Source of the DNA: a virus | Length of the DNA: 64,000 nt | IMG/VR virus record: IMGVR_UViG_3300038318_000232 | Span: 1-64,000 of that record | Reading direction: 5' to 3' (one strand) | In this document: positions 18,092-26,577 of the stretch, in pieces | How positions within the stretch are numbered: position 1 is the stretch's first letter | Layout: every line of letters starts with the position of its first letter | Notes under the pieces: model-generated | The model's input: the letters and a program-made list of their open reading frames with translations, nothing else | Told to the model about the DNA's origin: nothing | The model's database searches: none | Made by a program: the position numbers and the translations under genes

Positions 18092-18483
18092 CCGAGTAAT
18101 TTTGATAGGGCGGCTCACCCGCGACCCCGAGCTCCGTTATACTCCAAATGGCACTGCGACATGTTCTTTTACCCTCGCCATAAACCGCAAATTCAACAAA
18201 GAAGAGACTGACTTCATTGATATTGTAGTTTGGAGAGGCCTGGCTGAAAATTGTGCTTCATATCTCCACAAAGGGTCTATGTGTTGCGTAGAAGGCAGAC
18301 TTCAGGTTCGCACTTACGAAGACAAAGAAGCGGAAAGTCACTGAAGTAGTAGCGGACGATTGCCGGTTCTTGGACAGTAAAGCCAAGGGCGACTCCAAGC
18401 CAGCCTCCCCTCCCCCGCAGGATCAATGGAGCAACCTTGGGCAGGAAATTGACTTGGGGGACTCGGAAGAAATTCCATTTTAA
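18084..18483 (+). pseudogene. ssb: single-stranded DNA-binding protein, apparent ATT start and internal +1 frame break
   Basis: (I)[22 protein letters not shown]...[11 protein letters not shown] in frame 0 stops at 18342-18344; [17 protein letters not shown]...DSEEIPF (canonical acidic tip) continues in frame +1 to TAA 18481-18483. Confidence 0.85.
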
Positions 18484-18496
18484 GGAGGGCGATTTT

Positions 18497-18796
18497 ATGT
18501 TGCGCGCGATAACATTAAAAACCCTCCCCGACTACGACTTAAGATGCTGTTGGGCTAGTCTTGGGCTCTGTGTTTACGGCGGACAGAAGTGGACTCCTGA
18601 GAAAGCAATCAATTATGTTTTTAACGAGTACACCCTACCCCAGGAAAGAATGAGTCTTGCCGAAATCCACGATATTCACAGGTTGCACGAGGGAGGTATG
18701 AGTTTCCCGCAAATTGGCGAACTTTTGGGAGTGTCGTTCAAAACCGTGTTCAACGCTCACAAGAGAATCTATGGAATGGGGGGGAAAGGCAATTAG
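18497..18796 (+). CDS. HTH DNA-binding protein (99 aa)
   Basis: AAGGAGGG 8 nt upstream of ATG 18497; EGGMSFPQIGELLGVSFKTVFNAHKRI HTH. Confidence 0.55.
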   Translation: MLRAITLKTLPDYDLRCCWASLGLCVYGGQKWTPEKAINYVFNEYTLPQERMSLAEIHDIHRLHEGGMSFPQIGELLGVSFKTVFNAHKRIYGMGGKGN

Positions 18797-19085
18797 AAGA
18801 TACCTTATTTACGTTGCCCGCTGGGGCGTCCTAGCTATTCCAGGGGCGGCGTTTTTAGTTTGGGTAAGCAAATATATTACAAACACATACCTAGCAATGG
18901 TGGTCTCACAAATGGCTTTAGGGGCCATTATTTATTTTGTGGACAAACGAATCTTCAGAGACAGGAAAGTGGAGCAGGTGATATTTTACGCTCGGCATGT
19001 AGTTCTGTTGTATAAATACAACAAGCAAATGGAATCTGGAATAAGCCATTTGCAGCAAGCCTTGGACGAATTGAAGGAGGGATAG
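18771..19085 (+). CDS. membrane protein, two predicted TM helices (104 aa)
   Basis: ATG 18771 overlaps the end of the previous gene; WGVLAIPGAAFLVWV and LAMVVSQMALGAIIYFV. Confidence 0.5.
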   Translation: MEWGGKAIRRYLIYVARWGVLAIPGAAFLVWVSKYITNTYLAMVVSQMALGAIIYFVDKRIFRDRKVEQVIFYARHVVLLYKYNKQMESGISHLQQALDELKEG

Positions 19086-19086
19086 C

Positions 19087-19311
19087 ATGAACTGCCCTTA
19101 TTGCGGAAAAGAAGCGGATGCCCTGCGCGGAATACAAGCATCCAATTGTGGCGCCAAGATGATTGAGGAATGGCCCGAGCTAAACGAGATAGCCCGGAAA
19201 CTGTATCACGGGAATCTTACCGGGGCCGTGAAATTGGCTCATGAGTTTTACGCGAAGCACCGGAAGTTAAGCCAATATGACCCGAGTGATAATGACGAGG
19301 TGGAAATTTAG
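19087..19311 (+). CDS. small zinc-ribbon protein (74 aa)
   Basis: GGAGGGATAGCATG junction; CPYCG. Confidence 0.55.
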   Translation: MNCPYCGKEADALRGIQASNCGAKMIEEWPELNEIARKLYHGNLTGAVKLAHEFYAKHRKLSQYDPSDNDEVEI

Positions 19312-19319
19312 GAAGGAGA

Positions 19320-19649
19320 ATGAACGTGGGAATTTGGATAAAGTCACAAAGCGGAGGATTGGGGAAATACATCAAAATCAAGCCACCTATTGTTGAATAT
19401 AAAGAAGAACCGGACCCCGAAAGTCCGTTCCCTTTGCTTACCGATGAAGTGATAGCAGTTAATGTGGTCGGAATTGACATGGCGGGGAGCATAGAACTTC
19501 TTGGCACCTACCCCACCGAAGCCCAGGCCAAGCGGGTGCTAGATGAGATAGAGGAGCATATCGTAAACCTGTATCAACTTCAGGCAATGGGAGAAGCGCC
19601 GTTTAAGTATGGTCCAGTTTATGTTATGCCCCCAGCAGAGGAGGCGTAG
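19320..19649 (+). CDS. hypothetical protein (109 aa)
   Basis: AGGAAGGAG SD; start ATG 19320 or GTG 19326. Confidence 0.55.
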   Translation: MNVGIWIKSQSGGLGKYIKIKPPIVEYKEEPDPESPFPLLTDEVIAVNVVGIDMAGSIELLGTYPTEAQAKRVLDEIEEHIVNLYQLQAMGEAPFKYGPVYVMPPAEEA

Positions 19650-19652
19650 CCC

Positions 19653-19841
19653 ATGACCATCGAAAAGACGGGCAACTTTTACCGCCTGACCTGCGACAAT
19701 TGCGGGCAGGTGTTTGATGAAGAGTTTGACAGTTTTAACGAAGCGGTTGATGCCAAGGTTGACAATGGATGGAAGTCAAAAAAACGGCATGGTAACTGGG
19801 AAGATTGGTGCCCAGAATGTAGCCGAGAAAGCGAGGCGTAG
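19653..19841 (+). CDS. zinc-ribbon protein (62 aa)
   Basis: GAGGAGGCGTAGCCCATG junction; CDNCG...CPEC. Confidence 0.55.
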   Translation: MTIEKTGNFYRLTCDNCGQVFDEEFDSFNEAVDAKVDNGWKSKKRHGNWEDWCPECSRESEA

Positions 19842-19842
19842 C

Positions 19843-20151
19843 ATGGATAAAAAGATGTTTCTGTTCAATGAAGATGGTGTTGCTGAATGGATCGTTGCGG
19901 AATCAATTGAACAGGCAATTAAGTTTTATGAAGAAGTCACAGGTGGATCAATGGCCCAGACCTTTAATTTGGATAAAAACTTATACGGATCATGGGAAGA
20001 GTTCGTTGACGGTTATGTCAAAGAGGAACCGCTCGACAAGGTTTTTAATTACCATGATTACCGCGGCAAGGACATTGAAAAGAAAACTGTTCAAGAATTC
20101 CTTAATGATGTTGAGGAAGTTCCGAGCTACTTTGCATGTAGCGAGTATTAG
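19843..20151 (+). CDS. acidic hypothetical protein (102 aa)
   Basis: GAGGCGTAGCATG junction. Confidence 0.55.
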   Translation: MDKKMFLFNEDGVAEWIVAESIEQAIKFYEEVTGGSMAQTFNLDKNLYGSWEEFVDGYVKEEPLDKVFNYHDYRGKDIEKKTVQEFLNDVEEVPSYFACSEY

Positions 20152-20161
20152 GGGGTATAGC

Positions 20162-20398
20162 ATGAACGCTCAAAAAATAAAATCCATTCGTTGTATAACC
20201 GCTCAAGGGCCAGGCCCTTTATATGAAGTCGGGATGACCGTAAATGAGCAAATCATAGACCGTATTTTTGACAACAGCATGCAGTGGCGCAACCACGTGG
20301 ATCATGTCTATACGATATACGGGGACAACATAAACCGCGTTGCAGAACTCATAAACTGCCCGGTGGAAGTGCAGTATTTCCCTGATGAGGAGGCATGA
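20162..20398 (+). CDS. hypothetical protein (78 aa)
   Basis: GGGGGTATAGCATG junction. Confidence 0.5.
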   Translation: MNAQKIKSIRCITAQGPGPLYEVGMTVNEQIIDRIFDNSMQWRNHVDHVYTIYGDNINRVAELINCPVEVQYFPDEEA

Positions 20399-20402
20399 AC
20401 CA

Positions 20403-20804
20403 ATGTACGACAAAGCGAAGCTGGCCGAGATTTTGGCTCTTTCAGAGAAAGCAACTCCGGGGCCTGCGACCATAAAGTACGATGATTTAGGCGACGAATT
20501 TGTCTTGTGGGCACCAATTGAAATCATAGGGGCTAATAAATTTAGAATTGTTGCTTATGACGGCGGTTTAGCCCCGGATGATGAATGGCAGGTAGAAACC
20601 TTAGAGGCAAATGCCAAATTAATAGCGTTCGCTTTCAACGATGCCCCCGCCCTCGCCCGCCATTGTGGGGAACTGATGGAGGCGGCAGAGGACGTAATAA
20701 AAGCTAATGATATTGCAACCAACAAAGAGCGGTCTATGAAAACATTGACTGCCGCCATAGATAGGCTCAAGCAACTCCTGGCAGAAGGGAGCGAAACAAA
20801 ATGA
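20403..20804 (+). CDS. hypothetical protein (133 aa)
   Basis: GAGGAGG upstream; alternative start 20385. Confidence 0.55.
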   Translation: MYDKAKLAEILALSEKATPGPATIKYDDLGDEFVLWAPIEIIGANKFRIVAYDGGLAPDDEWQVETLEANAKLIAFAFNDAPALARHCGELMEAAEDVIKANDIATNKERSMKTLTAAIDRLKQLLAEGSETK

Positions 20805-21019
20805 GAACAGGCGTTATAAACAGAGATTTGACCGTCGAAGAATACAACTGGCTTAGCAAGCCCATAGCAAAGGGTACGAAAGTAAGTTTATATATCGGTT
20901 GCACTTATGGTTGTATCTCCCCTGCTGGAGAAGCTATTTCCTACGATGGAATGGATGGCTTATTTACAGAAGTCCCTTGGGATGCAGTAGATTGGCTGGC
21001 AGAAGGGGGCGGGGAGTAA
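20801..21019 (+). CDS. hypothetical protein (72 aa)
   Basis: ATGA coupling. Confidence 0.5.
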   Translation: MRTGVINRDLTVEEYNWLSKPIAKGTKVSLYIGCTYGCISPAGEAISYDGMDGLFTEVPWDAVDWLAEGGGE

Positions 21020-21135
21020 TGAACTGTTTTCACTGCGAACACTACGACATTAGAGGCTATTGGTGCGAAAAACACAACATACCTAAGTTGCCAGAGGAAG
21101 ATTGCATAGAAGGGAGCGAGGGTGATGCCAGATAA
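21019..21135 (+). CDS. small Cys/His-rich protein (38 aa)
   Basis: TAATG coupling, GGGGAG SD; CFHCEH...WCEKH. Confidence 0.4.
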   Translation: MNCFHCEHYDIRGYWCEKHNIPKLPEEDCIEGSEGDAR

Positions 21136-21481
21136 ACGTGTTTCTCTAGGGGATGTAGATATGTTCTATCGCTTTCTTCAAGGCGAAGTTCCAGAATGTC
21201 TTTCGCTCAGAGAACCACCGAACTTATCAAAAGTACAAGCCTTCGGGGTAATTTATTACCTTCAGGAGGTAATGGGGTTACTGTCGGATACTTATGAACA
21301 GTGCAATAATCCGGAGTGCAGAGATTTATATGATTCAGACTATGAGGGCTGCCTGGCTGGGTTCTGTGGCGGGTGTGAATGTCAATATCCGGATGGGTTT
21401 GATCCAAAAGAGGATGAAGGCGGGTGCTTGAATTGCCCTCTTTATAATGCCGATGAGCCAGACGAAAGCGGGAAGGAGTGA
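21122..21481 (+). CDS. Cys-rich hypothetical protein (119 aa)
   Basis: GAGGGTGATGCC box at start; multiple Cys clusters. Confidence 0.55.
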   Translation: MMPDKRVSLGDVDMFYRFLQGEVPECLSLREPPNLSKVQAFGVIYYLQEVMGLLSDTYEQCNNPECRDLYDSDYEGCLAGFCGGCECQYPDGFDPKEDEGGCLNCPLYNADEPDESGKE

Positions 21482-21487
21482 AGTGAA

Positions 21488-21646
21488 ATGATTTTAAACG
21501 TGAAAAACGAGACTCAATTTGAAATACAGTTCTGTTCCGGCCAGCGGGAATACGAGCTGAAGCCGGGCGAAACCGCCACGGTGGAGGTTGAGGATCAGGA
21601 TATTATGTACCTGAACCAGTTTGCGAAAGGGGACGGTGCGAAATGA
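21488..21646 (+). CDS. small hypothetical protein (52 aa)
   Basis: GGAGTGAAGTGAAATG; ATGA coupling to the next gene. Confidence 0.4.
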   Translation: MILNVKNETQFEIQFCSGQREYELKPGETATVEVEDQDIMYLNQFAKGDGAK

Positions 21647-21990
21647 GCGATAATCAGGCCTATGCCGACTGCTGGGTCGAGTTGGAGCAGGTGAAAGCCG
21701 AGAACGCCCATCTCCGCGCCCAGCTTGAGCAGGAGCAGCACCGGGTGGCAATGCTTCAGGAGGTAATTAAAAACATTGGCGGGGCGCTGGATGCCAACCA
21801 AAAGAGTTGGTTTGAAATGGAGGCCGAAGCCGCCGCTATGAGGGATACCCTAGCACAGGCCAGCGAACACCTAAAAGAATTGTGCAGCGCCCCTTGTTGT
21901 GGCTCTTTGCCGTGTAAAGACTGCGCCATAAACAGCGCCCGGATGGTGATTCGCCAGGGACTTACCAAGAAGGAGGTCACTGAAAAATGA
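21643..21990 (+). CDS. coiled-coil protein (115 aa)
   Basis: Heptad-like AENAHLRAQLEQEQHRVAMLQE. Confidence 0.55.
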   Translation: MSDNQAYADCWVELEQVKAENAHLRAQLEQEQHRVAMLQEVIKNIGGALDANQKSWFEMEAEAAAMRDTLAQASEHLKELCSAPCCGSLPCKDCAINSARMVIRQGLTKKEVTEK

Positions 21991-22229
21991 GCCTACTTGG
22001 TTACCTCATGAACAAGCTAACCGATCATTGGGAAAAGAAGTGTCAGAGAAAAATGGGCGGGATTCCCCTACTATGGGTTTTGTATCAACCAGAAAAGCCA
22101 ATCCCCAACATCGTCTTCAAGCTTCACCCTATGTTCAGCGGAGATGAACACTTGAACCAGCAATTTAAGGTAATGGCCGATTACATGAGAGAAAACTACC
22201 CCGAACTAAGGGACGGTGGTAGCCCATGA
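21987..22229 (+). CDS. hypothetical protein (80 aa)
   Basis: AAGGAGG SD, ATGA coupling. Confidence 0.55.
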   Translation: MSLLGYLMNKLTDHWEKKCQRKMGGIPLLWVLYQPEKPIPNIVFKLHPMFSGDEHLNQQFKVMADYMRENYPELRDGGSP

Positions 22230-22393
22230 CGCTAACCTTCTACACAGCAATCGGATACCTCTTTATGGCCGGGATTTGCGGAGCCGTGATTCTCGGCCTT
22301 GTCTTTTGGTTTTACATTGGGAAGTGGTTGCTGAAGCTCCTTTGGATAGGAGTTAAGCCATTATTTAAAAGGAGTGATGATGTTGGCCGGTAG
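22226..22393 (+). CDS. small membrane protein (55 aa)
   Basis: ATGA coupling; hydrophobic FYTAIGYLFMAGICGAVILGLVFWFYI. Confidence 0.45.
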   Translation: MTLTFYTAIGYLFMAGICGAVILGLVFWFYIGKWLLKLLWIGVKPLFKRSDDVGR

Positions 22394-23030
22394 ACATGCA
22401 TTTGATTTAACGGGAAAGGTATTTGGCAAATTAACTGTTATATCAAAACATAGCACCATAAAAAGATGTACGAGATGGAAGTGTAAGTGTGAATGTGGCA
22501 ATGAAGCAATTGTTTTAGGAGAATCGCTGAAGAGTGGAGCAACGAAAAGTTGCGGTTGTTATAGAAAAGAAATAACTAAAATCAAAGCAACTACACATGG
22601 GCTATCTAAAGATAAACTTTATGACATTTGGTGTGACATGAAAAGACGGTGCTACAACCCTAAAAACAAAAGATATGAAAATTATGGGGGACGCAACATA
22701 AAGGTATGTGAGGAATGGCATGAATTTAAGCCATTTTATGATTGGGCTTTAAATAATGGCTATATTGAAGGACTAACTATAGATCGCATAAATAATAATG
22801 GCGATTATGAACCAGATAATTGCCGATGGGCTACCGCTATTGTGCAAATGAATAACACGACAAGAAATCATTTCGTAGAATTTAAAGGACAAATAAAAAC
22901 CATTTCCCAATGGAGCAAGATCACAGGAATAAGCCAAGATGTCATAAAGGACCGATTAACTAAATTAGGATGGAGTGCCGAAAGGGCATTAACTGTTCCC
23001 GTACGGAGGTGTTTGCGTCATGGAAATTAA
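22374..23030 (+). CDS. AT-rich conserved phage protein, N-terminal Cys cluster plus C-terminal HTH (homing-endonuclease-like DNA-binding gene)
   Basis: WKCKCECGNE...CGCY, GLS..LY.IW..MKRRCYNP....Y..YGGR.I.VCEEW, C-terminal TISQWSKITGISQDVIKDRL; base composition visibly more AT-rich than neighbours. Confidence 0.55.
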   Translation: MMMLAGRHAFDLTGKVFGKLTVISKHSTIKRCTRWKCKCECGNEAIVLGESLKSGATKSCGCYRKEITKIKATTHGLSKDKLYDIWCDMKRRCYNPKNKRYENYGGRNIKVCEEWHEFKPFYDWALNNGYIEGLTIDRINNNGDYEPDNCRWATAIVQMNNTTRNHFVEFKGQIKTISQWSKITGISQDVIKDRLTKLGWSAERALTVPVRRCLRHGN

Positions 23031-23376
23031 AGATAGCGGAAATCGACATTCCTTTCCCACCGGCGCGGTAAGGGACATGCAAGAAGGCAAGGGTCGTTGT
23101 GATCTTCTCCCCCCTGCTGCCATACTCCGCCTAGCTAGGCACTTTGAGGCAGGAGCCAAGAAGTATGGTGAACGGAACTGGGAAAAGGGAATCCCCATAA
23201 GCTCCTTTATTGACAGTGCTTTTCGCCACATCTTGAAGTATATGCAAGGTTTAACTGACGAGGATCACTTGGTTGCAGCTGCGTGGAACCTGCTATGCGC
23301 CTTAGAGATGGAAGAACGCTTTGGGTGGACATTTGCAGAAGGGGGTGAGTCAACTGCCCAAGATACCACACTATAA
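23020..23376 (+). CDS. DUF5664-type (dATP/dGTP pyrophosphohydrolase-like) protein
   Basis: FPTGAVRD...GKGRCDLLPP.A...LA.HFE.GAKKYGERNWEKG....F.DSAFRH...Y....DEDHL.AAAWN pattern. Confidence 0.6.
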   Translation: MEIKDSGNRHSFPTGAVRDMQEGKGRCDLLPPAAILRLARHFEAGAKKYGERNWEKGIPISSFIDSAFRHILKYMQGLTDEDHLVAAAWNLLCALEMEERFGWTFAEGGESTAQDTTL

Positions 23377-23584
23377 CCGCCTGCTGCCCCACCATCAACT
23401 GGGCAAGGCAACGCTAACCGTAAACAACGTAGATTGGGACGTTTCCAGAATGAGTTTTCTCGAAATGGTAGCGACATACGAACCGGAGATAAGGGCCGCT
23501 GAAAAAGTGGTCCTTGTTTCATCTGAGGTCGGCACCTGGCACTACAGCCGCGATGCCGGGAAATGGTGCAGGAAGGAGGACTGA
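23321..23584 (+). CDS. hypothetical protein (start uncertain; alternative ATG 23450)
   Basis: ORF overlaps previous gene by 56 nt; no strong SD. Confidence 0.3.
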   Translation: MGGHLQKGVSQLPKIPHYNRLLPHHQLGKATLTVNNVDWDVSRMSFLEMVATYEPEIRAAEKVVLVSSEVGTWHYSRDAGKWCRKED

Positions 23585-23589
23585 CAAAC

Positions 23590-23754
23590 GTGGATTTTAT
23601 AAAATTTCTATGTTGTTTGGTACTAGTTTTTGCGTGCGTGCTAGGCATAAGTGGCTTGGTCGACGAAGACCCGGAGAAAACCTTTTATGCGGCGATAATC
23701 TGCGCAACAGTAGCTATAATCGCAAACATATTTTCTGCTCTAGGATATTCATGA
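23590..23754 (+). CDS. small two-TM membrane protein (54 aa)
   Basis: AGGAAGGAGG 8 nt upstream of GTG 23590. Confidence 0.45.
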   Translation: MDFIKFLCCLVLVFACVLGISGLVDEDPEKTFYAAIICATVAIIANIFSALGYS

Positions 23755-23777
23755 TGCAAAGGAGGAGTGATAAACAA

Positions 23778-24311
23778 ATGCCCAACGAACAGATATACAT
23801 TGGGTACAAAGAAGTAGACAAACTGTTGTATAAATATCCCTCGCTCAAGGCCCTACTCCATTCTATCCAAGTTGAGCTTGAGCGAATTTACATGGAACTA
23901 CCACCCGCCGAACTATCAGAGGAAGATGTGCTTCATGCCATTTACTTTGCCAGAGAGCTATCAGATATGCCCCACGCTGCGCCTTCTCCGGGAGCTAAAG
24001 AACTAAACGCTATCCTGGAAAAAGATCGCGTCATGAAGCTAGAATGGCCCCGGCAACTTATGGAAGAAAAACTTATTATCGGCGAGGTAGTAGCAAAAAT
24101 ATCAGGAGCACTGGCAGTTCTTTCATTGGATGCTAAGAACGTGATTGACCTGTACTATTGGCAACGCAAAAGGTGGAATGAAATACAAGACATGATAGGC
24201 TTGTCACCTTCAAGGTTAGGGGGCATCCGGCAAGATTCGGTTAATAAAATGATGCCGGTATTGAGGATTACGGTTGAACAGTATGAGTTTTGTATAGGGA
24301 GGGTGCGTTAA
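23778..24311 (+). CDS. ArpU/RinA-like (sigma-70 region-4-like) late transcription regulator
   Basis: AAAGGAGGAG before ATG 23778; C-terminal VIDLYYWQRKRWNEIQDMIGLSPSRLGGIRQDSVNKM HTH; near the end of the early arm. Confidence 0.55.
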   Translation: MPNEQIYIGYKEVDKLLYKYPSLKALLHSIQVELERIYMELPPAELSEEDVLHAIYFARELSDMPHAAPSPGAKELNAILEKDRVMKLEWPRQLMEEKLIIGEVVAKISGALAVLSLDAKNVIDLYYWQRKRWNEIQDMIGLSPSRLGGIRQDSVNKMMPVLRITVEQYEFCIGRVR

Positions 24312-24682
24312 TGATCAGTCTTGAAACAGCCCAAGCTCTGAAGGACGCGGGATTGGGGTGGAATCCTCACGCTGGTGATTATTATTACAGGGTATATGAC
24401 CAGGGTTTTGGGCATTACGACAAATACCCCCAGTTAGTAGATGGCAAAAACTATATAGATTTTATGGCAAATAATGTTTATCATGCCCTCTCTTTGTCTC
24501 AACTCCTGGCCGAGATAGAGGCGCGGGGGTATGTGTGGGCATTAAGACATTCTGGCAGTTATGAAATAAGCATATGCCCTTGGGGAGATATCTCTAAAAC
24601 CAAAACATTTAAAGCAAAATCCCCCGACGAAGCCGCCGCCCAGGCACTGCTCTGGATAATCGAGCAGGAGAAAGGAGAATAG
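24311..24682 (+). CDS. hypothetical protein (123 aa)
   Basis: TAATG coupling. Confidence 0.55.
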   Translation: MISLETAQALKDAGLGWNPHAGDYYYRVYDQGFGHYDKYPQLVDGKNYIDFMANNVYHALSLSQLLAEIEARGYVWALRHSGSYEISICPWGDISKTKTFKAKSPDEAAAQALLWIIEQEKGE

Positions 24683-24684
24683 GG

Positions 24685-25110
24685 ATGAAATTAGGAATGA
24701 ACATTCAGGAGTTTGCACAGATACTAAACGGCAGAGAGATGGGACAAGAGATAACGCCGGAAGAGGCAAAGCGTGCCAAGGAGTTAGGTTTTGTTGTAGT
24801 GTTCGGTGCCTCTGACGATTTAGCCGAATTCAGAGGTGCGATATATGATGAAGTGGCATGCTATGACGGGACCGACGACATTTACATAACCGCTAACGGC
24901 CTTGTTGAAGAACTGGAATGCCATTGCAAATATGCTCTTGCTGCACGAAAAAAAGAGATTGAAACAGCCAAAAGAATTGAAGCTATTTGGGCTGAGGAAG
25001 GCTACGCATGGACTTACAAAACCGATATCCCCCATGCCACCTTTGACATTATGGAGGACGGGGAGAAATATTGTCGGGGGATTGTGTTTGAGGCGGGCGC
25101 GTTAGCTTGA
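24685..25110 (+). CDS. hypothetical protein (141 aa), last gene of the early arm
   Basis: GGAGAATAGGGATG start. Confidence 0.55.
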   Translation: MKLGMNIQEFAQILNGREMGQEITPEEAKRAKELGFVVVFGASDDLAEFRGAIYDEVACYDGTDDIYITANGLVEELECHCKYALAARKKEIETAKRIEAIWAEEGYAWTYKTDIPHATFDIMEDGEKYCRGIVFEAGALA

Positions 25111-25165
25111 TTGACGCTTTCTCTCCATAAACCAGCGCCAGCAGTCATCTTGAAAACGTAAGAAA

Positions 25166-25185
25166 GCCCGGGGGAGACCCCGGGC
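25166..25185. terminator. GC-rich hairpin at the convergence point of the early and late arms
   Basis: GCCCGGGG-gaga-CCCCGGGC; T-rich tail (TTTCTT) only on the minus-strand side. Confidence 0.6.
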
Positions 25186-25201
25186 TACGTGTCCGCGTAT
25201 T

Positions 25202-25468
25202 CTACGATTTTCCCAGAGCAGCTTTGCCTAGTCCGTATATACCCGCAGCGCCAGCCGCCAGTTTCAGTCCTTCCCATGCTGCTTCTCGGACTACCAGTCC
25301 ATCTCCGATCAAGGCAGACACGCCGATGTTGAAGCCGATGCCGAATGCCAGGATTAGAAAAGGGACAAAGACCTTAGCCTTCTCTTTCTTTTCTTCCGGG
25401 ATATATTGCTTCACGATCTCCGTAGCGCCCATAGTTAAGCCCATCACCACGATTGCAGTTTCTTCCAT
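25202..25468 (-). CDS. putative holin
   Basis: 88 aa with 2-3 hydrophobic helices and charged C-terminus, last gene of the lysis cassette. Confidence 0.6.
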   Translation of the reverse strand: MEETAIVVMGLTMGATEIVKQYIPEEKKEKAKVFVPFLILAFGIGFNIGVSALIGDGLVVREAAWEGLKLAAGAAGIYGLGKAALGKS

Positions 25469-25470
25469 GG

Positions 25471-26577
25471 TTATTCTCCTTTCCGCAAGATAACTTGCTT
25501 TGCCTTTTCAACCCACCCCACGCTTATGCCAAACGGCTCGAAAATGCCGTGTACCGGGATAACAGACCGGTTACTGCCCACCATGGCCACAGGAGCTTGC
25601 TCGACGGCCCTTTCCTCGCCATCAACAAATATCACATTGCTGTTGAGGGTTAAAACTATTTCTTCGACCGGCCATTTGTCATCGTCCCAGGTCAGGTCAA
25701 GAACGCCATTTCCGACGAACCGATGGTCTGCGCCGACTTTACGGATATGCTTCAGCAGAACATCAAATGCCTGATCTTCGGTCGGCCACTCGCCCTTCTT
25801 CTTGGACCACGCCGAATAAATCAAGGCCATAGCTCCGGTAATGTGTGGGGTGGCCATGCTGGTGCCGGACAAGAGCTTATAGCCCCCGCCCGGCCAGGCG
25901 CTGTATATCTGCGTCCCAGGGGCGGCTACGTCTATTCCGTCATAGCTGCTGGAATACCCGGCAGACTGCCCGTCCTGGTTCAAGGCACCGGTGGTCAGGC
26001 ATTCCCAGATGTAGCCTGGAAACATGAATACCTCTTCGGTATCCGGCTTCCCGTCCCCCTGGTTACCAGCCGCGACGCAGACAGTCACCCCGGCACCCAC
26101 CAGGCGGCGGATAAGGTAGGCCTGCTCAATATCATAGGCCCCGGAACCAAAAGAGCAATTCACGGCCACAACCCGGTCGGTCTCTGAGTGTTCGGTGTTC
26201 CATTTGTAGATGTACCGGAAGGCCTCTTTGATCGCTTCTCCGGTATCAATGGGGCCTCCAAATACCTTCAGAGGCATTATCCGGGCTTCCGGCGCTACCC
26301 CGCAGGTCTTCCCGGCTGCTATCCCGGCTACATGCGTGCCGTGGCCGTCTTTGTCTGCGAGGTCATTCCACGCCCCACCGTTGAAGTTCCAAGCGCCGAC
26401 TATGCGCCCGGCAAACTCTGGGTGCGAAATATCCAAGCCGGTGTCAACGACGGCAATTATAGCCCCAGCGCCTTTCGTGTGGGGCCAAAAAGAAGGGGCG
26501 TTCACCTGGCTGATATTCCAGGGAACGCCCAACATTTTGGGGATATCTTGGGTTATATATGGAAATAAATTCGGCAT
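25471..26577 (-). CDS. subtilisin-like S8 serine peptidase with C-terminal copper-amine-oxidase-N-like (wall-binding) domain
   Basis: Catalytic motifs AVVDTGLD, HGTHVAG, GTSMATPH; C-terminal VIFVDGE...APV...NRSVIPVHGIFEPFGISVGW; no signal peptide. Confidence 0.85.
   Translation of the reverse strand: MPNLFPYITQDIPKMLGVPWNISQVNAPSFWPHTKGAGAIIAVVDTGLDISHPEFAGRIVGAWNFNGGAWNDLADKDGHGTHVAGIAAGKTCGVAPEARIMPLKVFGGPIDTGEAIKEAFRYIYKWNTEHSETDRVVAVNCSFGSGAYDIEQAYLIRRLVGAGVTVCVAAGNQGDGKPDTEEVFMFPGYIWECLTTGALNQDGQSAGYSSSYDGIDVAAPGTQIYSAWPGGGYKLLSGTSMATPHITGAMALIYSAWSKKKGEWPTEDQAFDVLLKHIRKVGADHRFVGNGVLDLTWDDDKWPVEEIVLTLNSNVIFVDGEERAVEQAPVAMVGSNRSVIPVHGIFEPFGISVGWVEKAKQVILRKGE

Noticed and set aside
18778-18784. 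G7 run at the junction of ORFs 18497..18796 and 18771..19085 as another frameshift site
   Set aside because: Both ORFs are complete on their own, with ATG 18771 upstream of the run and the stop for the first ORF at 18794-18796. Ordinary gene overlap explains it.
23514-23777. Long N-terminal extension of the ArpU-like ORF (track start 23514)
   Set aside because: The extension overlaps two other plausible genes, whereas a strong AAAGGAGGAG SD precedes ATG 23778.
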